From the NCBI GenBank assembly GCA_038823825.1, contig JAWBCC010000001.1:1-32000 (forward strand): a DNA stretch of 32,000 nucleotides, read 5' to 3'. The notes beneath the pieces are model-generated. The model made no database searches. It saw only the letters and a program-made list of their open reading frames with translations, and had not been told where the DNA came from. Shown one piece after another: positions 25,325 through 32,000 of the stretch; positions within the stretch are counted from its first letter, which is position 1; every line of letters begins with the position of its first letter. The stretch comes from Candidatus Hadarchaeales archaeon (GTDB lineage Archaea; Hadarchaeota; Hadarchaeia; Hadarchaeales; Hadarchaeaceae). The position numbers and the translations under genes are program-made.

Positions 25325-25901
25325 TGTTAGAGATCTCCGTGAAAAAAAGAAAGCGGAAAGGGAAGCTCTGACTTTTGAGGAGGTTTTGGAAAAGAGCAGG
25401 AAAATAAAAGAGAAGCTGTTTTCTCTTCCGGAGTTCAAAAGCGCAAAAACAGTGGCCTTTTATGTGGCAAAAGAAGAAGCGAAAGAAGTCAGAACGCAGG
25501 AAATGATTGTTGAAACCTTGGAGCTCGGGAAAAAAGTTTTGGTTCCGTTTGTTGTAGGAAACGAAATCGAATTTACGGAGATTTCTGGGCTTTGCGATCT
25601 TCAGCCCGGAACATTCGGCATTCTGGAACCACGCATAGAAATTCGTAAGAAAATCCCTCTTGAACAAATAGAACTTGTTGTAGTTCCAGGAATTGCTTTT
25701 GACCTAAAGGGACGGAGAATTGGATATGGAAAAGGATTTTACGATAGATTTCTCAGCAGACTTTTTTCCGTGAATCCAAATGTGTGCGTTGTTAGTCTTG
25801 CATTCGAGATGCAGCTGGTTGAAAACATACCCAATCAGAAATCTGCGGATGTTCCGGTGAAAATATTGATAACTGAGGAAAGAATTCTGAGATTTGGGTG
25901 A
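25317..25901 (+). CDS. 5-formyltetrahydrofolate cyclo-ligase
   Basis: 194 aa with the family motif VVPGIAFDLKGRRIGYGKGFYDRFL. 8-nt overlap with the folD end. Confidence 0.88.
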   Translation: MFNVRDLREKKKAEREALTFEEVLEKSRKIKEKLFSLPEFKSAKTVAFYVAKEEAKEVRTQEMIVETLELGKKVLVPFVVGNEIEFTEISGLCDLQPGTFGILEPRIEIRKKIPLEQIELVVVPGIAFDLKGRRIGYGKGFYDRFLSRLFSVNPNVCVVSLAFEMQLVENIPNQKSADVPVKILITEERILRFG

Positions 25902-27043
25902 ATCTGTTGACCTCAAAATACAGACAAGTTGGCGTAGATGTCAAAAAATCAGGCATAGAAGTTTTTAAGAAGCATATAAAGTCGATCCACGAAAAGTCAT
26001 TCTGTTCTGTCTTCAAAAATCCTCTTGATTCTTCAACTGGTTTGGTTTTCCATACCGATGGAGCCGGTAGTAAACCGGTTCAGGCTTATCTTCATTGGGC
26101 AGAGACAAGAGATAAAAGATGGTTTGAGGGACTCGCGCAGGACGTAGTCGCGATGAACATCGATGACATTGTTTGTGTCGGTGCGATTCCGATTTCTTTA
26201 GTCGATTACATTGCACTGAACCCACGTATTGTTCCGAAAAAAGAGATCTTGGAATCTTTGGCAAGAGGCTTTGAGAAGACTCTCTCTCTTCTCAAAAAGT
26301 TTGGGATATCTATAATATTTGCTGGCGGCGAAACCGCTGAGCTTCCCGATCAGCTGATGACACTCGATGTGTCTGGCGCCGTAGTGGGTATCATAGAACT
26401 TTCAAAAATCATCAGCGGAGAAAACATAAAAGCTGGTGATATCATTGTTGGTATCAGGAGTGGTGGGAGAGCAAAGTACGAGAATAGAGAGAATAGCGGG
26501 ATCATGTGTAATGGTATAACACTGGCTAGACACTGCTTGATGAAGCCGGAATATTCTAAAAAGCGTCCGGAAATCGGAAGTGGATATTTCGGAAGATTTT
26601 CCTTTGATGACTATCTTGAGGAACTGAATATGACGGTGGGCGAGGCTATTCTTTCTCCCACCAGGATTTTCACACCAATTGTCTTCAAGATTCTTAAACA
26701 ATGTGGAGGGATATCCGGACTTGTTCATAACACTGGAGGCGGTCTGACAAAATGTTTGAGACTGGGGAAAAACATTCTCTACGTGAAGGAAAATCTACCC
26801 GAACCAGATCCCATTTTTAAGCTCATTCAGAAGGAGGGTAGAGTCAGTTGGAACGAAATGTTTGAAGTTTTTAACATGGGGATAGGATTTGAAGTCATTG
26901 TCAAGAAAGAAGAAGTAGACAACGTAATTTCAATCGCAGAAAAATTCGGAGTTCAAGCCATGGTCATCGGTTATTGCGATCGCAGCAAAAGGGGCAACAG
27001 AGTGATTATTAAAAGCATGTTTGGAAAGTTTGAGTACGGGTAG
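25898..27043 (+). CDS. purM: Phosphoribosylformylglycinamidine cyclo-ligase (AIR synthetase), divergent
   Basis: YRQVGVDV N-terminus, HTDGAGSK and DVVAMNIDDIVCVGA (PurM/AIRS N-domain motifs). GTGA overlap with the preceding gene. Confidence 0.85.
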   Translation: MNLLTSKYRQVGVDVKKSGIEVFKKHIKSIHEKSFCSVFKNPLDSSTGLVFHTDGAGSKPVQAYLHWAETRDKRWFEGLAQDVVAMNIDDIVCVGAIPISLVDYIALNPRIVPKKEILESLARGFEKTLSLLKKFGISIIFAGGETAELPDQLMTLDVSGAVVGIIELSKIISGENIKAGDIIVGIRSGGRAKYENRENSGIMCNGITLARHCLMKPEYSKKRPEIGSGYFGRFSFDDYLEELNMTVGEAILSPTRIFTPIVFKILKQCGGISGLVHNTGGGLTKCLRLGKNILYVKENLPEPDPIFKLIQKEGRVSWNEMFEVFNMGIGFEVIVKKEEVDNVISIAEKFGVQAMVIGYCDRSKRGNRVIIKSMFGKFEYG

Positions 27044-27045
27044 CC

Positions 27046-27333
27046 TTGAAGAAATTTCGTGCGAGAGTGGAGGTAAAATTAAAGCCAGCTTACCTCGACC
27101 CCGAGGGGGCAACAGCAGAGAGATCTCTAAAAGATCTGGGTTTCAAGGTTGAGAAGGTGCGAGTGGCGAAAGTGTATGAAATGGAGATCTATGCTTTATC
27201 AAGGGAGGATGCGGAGAAGAAAGTCGACGAGATGTGTAGAAAATTGCTTTCCAATCCGGTCAAGGATGATTATGTTTTTGAGGTGAAAGAAGAAAATGGA
27301 GCAACTTTACAAAAGAAAAAATCTTCCTGTTGA
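27046..27333 (+). CDS. purS: FGAM synthase subunit PurS
   Basis: RVEVKLKPAYLDPEGATAERSLKDLGF...DDYVFEV, colinear with PurS. TTG start. The C-terminal 13 codons overlap purL. Confidence 0.88.
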   Translation: MKKFRARVEVKLKPAYLDPEGATAERSLKDLGFKVEKVRVAKVYEMEIYALSREDAEKKVDEMCRKLLSNPVKDDYVFEVKEENGATLQKKKSSC

Positions 27334-29650
27334 AGTTTTTGAGGTAAACATACTCGCCGCGAGCGACGAAAATCTTTTGCGCATCAGCAGGGAACTTGGT
27401 CTTTCATTAAATCTTCAAGAGATGAAAGCTTGCAAGAGGTATTTTCAAAAAATCAGAAGAAATCCGACGGACATAGAACTACAAACAATTGGTCAAACGT
27501 GGTCAGAGCACTGTTTTCACAAAACTTTTAAAGGCACGGTTATCTTCAAAGGTAAAAAGTTCAGACTTTTTAAAGATTTCATTCGCAAAGCCACAGAAGA
27601 ATTGGCTCCAGAATGGTGTATCTCTGTATTTGAAGATAACGCTGGAATAGTAGACTTTGAAAATGGTTATGGGATTGCGGTAAAGGTTGAAACGCACAAT
27701 CACCCCTCTGCTGTGGAACCGTTTGGTGGTGCTGCAACCGGTATCGGCGGAGTGATAAGAGACATTCTCGGTGTTTGGGCGGAACCGATCGCAAATATCG
27801 ATGTGTTGGGATTTGGTCCTTTAGACGTGAGTTATTCGATTTTGCCTCCGGGAATGAAACATCCGAAGTATATTTTTTCAGGTGTTGTAGCGGGAATAGG
27901 TTGTTACGGAAATAATATGGGAATCCCAACTGTTGCTGGCGCCGTATATTTTGACGAAAGCTACATTGGGAATCCAGTTGTTTACTGTGGTTGTGTAGGT
28001 TTGCTTCCTCTTGATAAATGCGTGAAGAACACGCGGCCGGGAGACTTCGCTGTTTTAGCTGGTGGGAGAACTGGAAGAGATGGAATTCATGGAGTTACTT
28101 TTGCATCTGAGGAATTGCGTGGAGATCTTGAGGCCTTGAGAAGCGCGGTTCAAATTCCAGACCCAATAGAAGAGGAGAAGTTACGAAGGGCAATTTTAAG
28201 AATTCGGGATGAAAAGCTCGCATCCGCAATAACCGACCTAGGTGGAGGTGGACTTTCCTGTGCAGCTTCCGAGATGGCGAACAGGGCCAATTGTGGCGTT
28301 GAAATTTGGTTGGAAAAAGTTCCATTGAAACATGCTGGAATGGCTCCATGGGAGATATGGATTTCAGAATCTCAGGAAAGGATGTTACTCTCAGTTCCCA
28401 AGAAAAATTTGCGGAGGGTTCTTCAGATATTCGAAGAAGAAGAGGTGGAAGCAACACCGGTGGGAGTTTTCAATAATAAAAAGTCCGTCGAAGTTTTCTG
28501 GAAAAAGATTAGAATTCTTGATCTTAAATTAGATTTTCTCTTTTCTCCACCGCTCCCGGTTAGAGTAGCTAGGATATCTACATGTGGAGAGCCAGAACCG
28601 AAAATTTCAGACGGAAAAGAGGAAACACTTCTTTTGCGACTTCTTTCTTCTCCAAATATCTGCAGTCGCGAAGACATCATAAGAACGTATGATCATGAAG
28701 TCCAAGGAAGAAGTGTGCTGAAACCCCTTCAAGGTAAACATTCCGGACCAAACGACGCGGCAGTTCTTCGTCCACTACCGGATTCTTGGAAAGGTGTAGT
28801 GATATCATGCGGACTGAAGCCAAGATATGGAAAGATAGATCCTTATTGGATGGCGGCATCTTCAATCGAGGAAGCCATAAGGAATAACATCGCTGTTGGT
28901 GGAGAAAGACAAGCTATCTTGGACAACTTTACGTGGGGGAATCCGGAAAAGCCAGAACAGCTTGGTGCTTTGCTCAGCGCCTGCAAAGCCTGTTATGATT
29001 TTGCCAAGGTATTTGGTGTGCCATTCATTTCTGGGAAGGACAGTCTTTATAACGAATCTGAGCTCGATCCTGTGACACCGACGCTTCTGATAACAGCTGT
29101 TGGAATAATTCGAGATATTAAGAAGGCGGTTTCTCTGGACCTTAAGGAAGTAGGAGATCCGTTGTATATTTTGGGCCGCACGTACAATGAGCTTGGCGGA
29201 TCTGAGCTTTTGGCTATTTTTGGAAAATTAGGGTCAAACGTTCCCCGAGTCAGGCCAAAAGAGTCCAAAAAAGTGATGAAGTCTGTTCAAAGAGCGATTG
29301 ATAGTGAATGCGTAAAAGCTTGCCATGATCTCTCGGAGGGAGGGTTGGCTGTGGCGCTCGCTGAAATGGTGATCTCTAGCGATTTTGGAGCCTCTATGGA
29401 TTTATCAGAAGTGCCCACTCAAACAAAATTATCCAACACTTCTCTTTTATTCTCGGAGTCTAATGGAAGATTTCTCGTAGAAGTTGCCAAAGAAAGAGAA
29501 AAAGAGTTTGAGAGCTTAGTCAAAGGAGACTTCGCGAAGATAGGCGTAGTTTGTAAGAAGAGATCTTTGGAGATCCGGCGTGATGGAAAAACAATAATAT
29601 GTCTTTCTTCGGAGAAGTTGCGTTCAGCTTGGAAAAAGAGACTATGGTGA
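27296..29650 (+). CDS. purL: FGAM synthase II (synthetase subunit)
   Basis: 784 aa with ETHNHPSAVEPFGGAATG and duplicated AIRS-like domains. GAGGTGA lies 10 nt upstream of the ATG. Confidence 0.95.
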   Translation: MEQLYKRKNLPVEVFEVNILAASDENLLRISRELGLSLNLQEMKACKRYFQKIRRNPTDIELQTIGQTWSEHCFHKTFKGTVIFKGKKFRLFKDFIRKATEELAPEWCISVFEDNAGIVDFENGYGIAVKVETHNHPSAVEPFGGAATGIGGVIRDILGVWAEPIANIDVLGFGPLDVSYSILPPGMKHPKYIFSGVVAGIGCYGNNMGIPTVAGAVYFDESYIGNPVVYCGCVGLLPLDKCVKNTRPGDFAVLAGGRTGRDGIHGVTFASEELRGDLEALRSAVQIPDPIEEEKLRRAILRIRDEKLASAITDLGGGGLSCAASEMANRANCGVEIWLEKVPLKHAGMAPWEIWISESQERMLLSVPKKNLRRVLQIFEEEEVEATPVGVFNNKKSVEVFWKKIRILDLKLDFLFSPPLPVRVARISTCGEPEPKISDGKEETLLLRLLSSPNICSREDIIRTYDHEVQGRSVLKPLQGKHSGPNDAAVLRPLPDSWKGVVISCGLKPRYGKIDPYWMAASSIEEAIRNNIAVGGERQAILDNFTWGNPEKPEQLGALLSACKACYDFAKVFGVPFISGKDSLYNESELDPVTPTLLITAVGIIRDIKKAVSLDLKEVGDPLYILGRTYNELGGSELLAIFGKLGSNVPRVRPKESKKVMKSVQRAIDSECVKACHDLSEGGLAVALAEMVISSDFGASMDLSEVPTQTKLSNTSLLFSESNGRFLVEVAKEREKEFESLVKGDFAKIGVVCKKRSLEIRRDGKTIICLSSEKLRSAWKKRLW

Positions 29651-29656
29651 TTTAAA

Positions 29657-30445
29657 ATGAAAAATGTTTGTGTAATCCGGACCAGGGGGACGAACTGCGA
29701 TTGGGAAACGGCGCTGGCGTTAAAAAATGTGGGCCTACTGGCAGAAATAGTTCATCTACGCAAACTCGATGGTTTCAAACTCAGAAAGTACGATGCACTG
29801 GTTATTCCAGGAGGTTTTTCGTATGGAGACCACATACGGGCGGGAGCAGTGATGGCTAAACGTTTGCTGGCTCGTTTGCGAAAAGAACTTGTAAAATTTG
29901 TGGAAGAGGGCAAGCCAATTCTAGGCATATGCAACGGATTTCAAGTATTGGTCGAAGGTGGTCTGCTTCCGGCTTTTGAGGGACCGAGCGAAGAACCACA
30001 AGCTGCTTTAGCCGTGAACAATTCCTGTAGGTACGAATGCAGATGGGTCTATCTAAGAGTGGAAAAAAGCAAATGCATTTTCATGAGCAAAGTTGATAAA
30101 AAAACTCTCTTTCTTCCGGTCGCGCACGCGGAAGGAAAATTCATTTTCGATCTAAATAGACAAGACGAGGATATTAAGAAGCTCGTGCAAAACAAGCAAT
30201 TGGTCTTACGATATGCCGATGAGAGCGGTCGACCGGCGCAGGGAAGATATCCACATAATCCTAACGGGTCTATTTTCGATATCGCTGGAGTTTGCGATCC
30301 ATCTGGAGTGGTATTTGGTTTGATGCCACATCCTGAAAGGGCTTTTTACTGGTTCCACAGACCGGACTGGACGGCTTCAAAAGATGAGGAATGGGCCGAT
30401 GGGCGTCTGATTTTCGAATCTCTTGCGGATTATCTCAGGAGGTGA
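29657..30445 (+). CDS. purQ: FGAM synthase I (glutaminase subunit)
   Basis: Class I amidotransferase triad context: ICNGFQ (Cys) and MPHPER (His/Glu). Confidence 0.92.
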   Translation: MKNVCVIRTRGTNCDWETALALKNVGLLAEIVHLRKLDGFKLRKYDALVIPGGFSYGDHIRAGAVMAKRLLARLRKELVKFVEEGKPILGICNGFQVLVEGGLLPAFEGPSEEPQAALAVNNSCRYECRWVYLRVEKSKCIFMSKVDKKTLFLPVAHAEGKFIFDLNRQDEDIKKLVQNKQLVLRYADESGRPAQGRYPHNPNGSIFDIAGVCDPSGVVFGLMPHPERAFYWFHRPDWTASKDEEWADGRLIFESLADYLRR

Positions 30446-31596
30446 GTTCTCTGCCTTTAAATGTTAGCAAAATCAGGCGGGATTTTCCCATTTTGTCTTC
30501 CGGAAAGATATATCTTGATAGCGCGGCAAGTAGCTTAACACCTGAACCCGTAATAAGAAAAGTTTTGGAGTTTTACAGAGAGTACAGAGCCAACGTCGGG
30601 CGTGGTGTTTATTCTTGGTCAGCAGAAGCTACAGACGAATATGAGAGAGCCAGAAAAGAGGTAGCAAAATTAATAAATGCTAAAGATGCAAGCGAGATAA
30701 TCTTTACTAAAAACACAACCGAAGGCATAAACACGGTTGCTCACGGACTAGAATGGAAAAGCGGTGACAAGATAGTTACCACAATTGTTGAGCATCATTC
30801 AAATTTTATCCCTTGGTTAAGAATAACCAAAAAATTGAGCTTAAAGATTGAGATAGTTAAATCCGATGGCGCTGGCAGGTTTGAAATAACCGATTTTGAA
30901 AAAGCAATCGATGAACGTACGAAATTAATCGCGATTTCCCATGCTTCAAATGTTCTTGGAACAGTCTTGCCGGTAAAGGAAGTTACGAAAATCGCGCATG
31001 AACGAGGAGCAAAAATTCTAATCGACGGCGCCCAATCTGTGCCGCACATGCCTGTAGATGTCTCCGAAATAGGTTGTGATTTTCTAGCGTTTTCTGGCCA
31101 TAAGATGTTGGCTCCAACTGGCATTGGAGTTTTATATGTTAACAGTGATAGCTCCGATGTTTTGGAGCCTTTAGCTGTAGGAGGAGGGACAGTCGATCAT
31201 GTTTCAATATCGGACTTCAGTTTAACGAGATCGCCCGACCGGTTCGAGGCAGGAACACCACCAATTGCTCAAGCTATCGGGCTTGGAGAGGCGGCCAAAT
31301 ATTTGCGAAGACTTGATATGGAGGACATCGCTGTTCATGAACGTAAACTGACCGAGAAAATCATTTCCGGTCTTTCAGAAATCGAGGACACAGAAATTTA
31401 CGGACCACTGACTTGTGATGATATAATAGGAATTGTCGCATTCAATGTTCGGGATTTAGATCCAAACGGAGTGGCAGAAATTCTCGATGAAAAAGGAGGA
31501 ATAATGGTCAGATCAGGTCATCACTGTGCGATGCCACTTCATGTCGAGCTTCTCAGAAGACCACTGGGAAGCGTCAGAGCTTCTGTTTATATATAA
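30442..31596 (+). CDS. sufS: Group II (SufS/CsdA-type) cysteine desulfurase, C-terminus frameshifted (conserved tail continues in another frame to 31660)
   Basis: IYLDSAASS, FTKNTTEGIN, SGHKM (PLP Lys) and RSGHHCAMP (catalytic Cys). GTG 30442 overlaps the purQ TGA (GTGA); ATG 30391 is the alternative start. The ORF stops at RASVYI*, but the 31592-31660 frame encodes YNTAREIDKLIEMIERIAKMKS*. Confidence 0.85.
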   Translation: MSSLPLNVSKIRRDFPILSSGKIYLDSAASSLTPEPVIRKVLEFYREYRANVGRGVYSWSAEATDEYERARKEVAKLINAKDASEIIFTKNTTEGINTVAHGLEWKSGDKIVTTIVEHHSNFIPWLRITKKLSLKIEIVKSDGAGRFEITDFEKAIDERTKLIAISHASNVLGTVLPVKEVTKIAHERGAKILIDGAQSVPHMPVDVSEIGCDFLAFSGHKMLAPTGIGVLYVNSDSSDVLEPLAVGGGTVDHVSISDFSLTRSPDRFEAGTPPIAQAIGLGEAAKYLRRLDMEDIAVHERKLTEKIISGLSEIEDTEIYGPLTCDDIIGIVAFNVRDLDPNGVAEILDEKGGIMVRSGHHCAMPLHVELLRRPLGSVRASVYI

Positions 31597-31686
31597 CACT
31601 GCTAGAGAAATCGATAAATTAATCGAAATGATCGAAAGAATCGCAAAGATGAAATCCTGAGGTTTCTTTATAACTTACTAGTCTGA

Positions 31687-32000
<314 letters not shown>

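Overview
This is a gene-dense chromosomal segment that looks archaeal. The evidence is a split GMP synthase (subunit B only), a separate PyrI, a 3'-truncated SepCysS gene at the right edge, TATA/BRE-like promoters placed for leaderless or near-leaderless mRNAs, and GGAGG-type Shine-Dalgarno (SD) sites with 4-nt start/stop overlaps inside operons. The lineage cannot be assigned from sequence alone.

Most of the window is a nucleotide-biosynthesis supercluster.
- A 9-gene minus-strand operon, pyrF-pyrE-pyrB-pyrI-pyrK-pyrC-pyrD-pyrG-purH (12155 to 3254), with guaA(B)/guaB diverging to its left.
- On the right: purN-purD, purE-purF, and purB-folD-(5-formyl-THF cyclo-ligase)-purM-purS-purL-purQ-sufS-like.

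The two halves are separated by about 6.4 kb of non-nucleotide genes:
- a 164-aa secreted protein;
- a 1366-aa N-terminally anchored multidomain glycan-active protein (2 CBM-like repeats, a GH144-like barrel, 3 DNRLRE-type repeats, an FN3-like module);
- a convergent stand-alone FMN glutamate-synthase-domain protein.

I saw no rRNA, tRNA, CRISPR array, transposase or integrase, and I cannot point to a clear-cut new multi-gene system.

Items most worth follow-up:
- the secreted two-gene module, whose proteins share a conserved motif just after the N-terminal hydrophobic segment;
- a dihydroorotase whose conserved N-terminus has no canonical start codon (CTGA overlap with pyrK);
- a cysteine desulfurase frameshifted at a (TA)4 tract, sitting directly upstream of SepCysS;
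- a class II (PurK-independent) PurE;
- folate C1 genes embedded in the pur operon.
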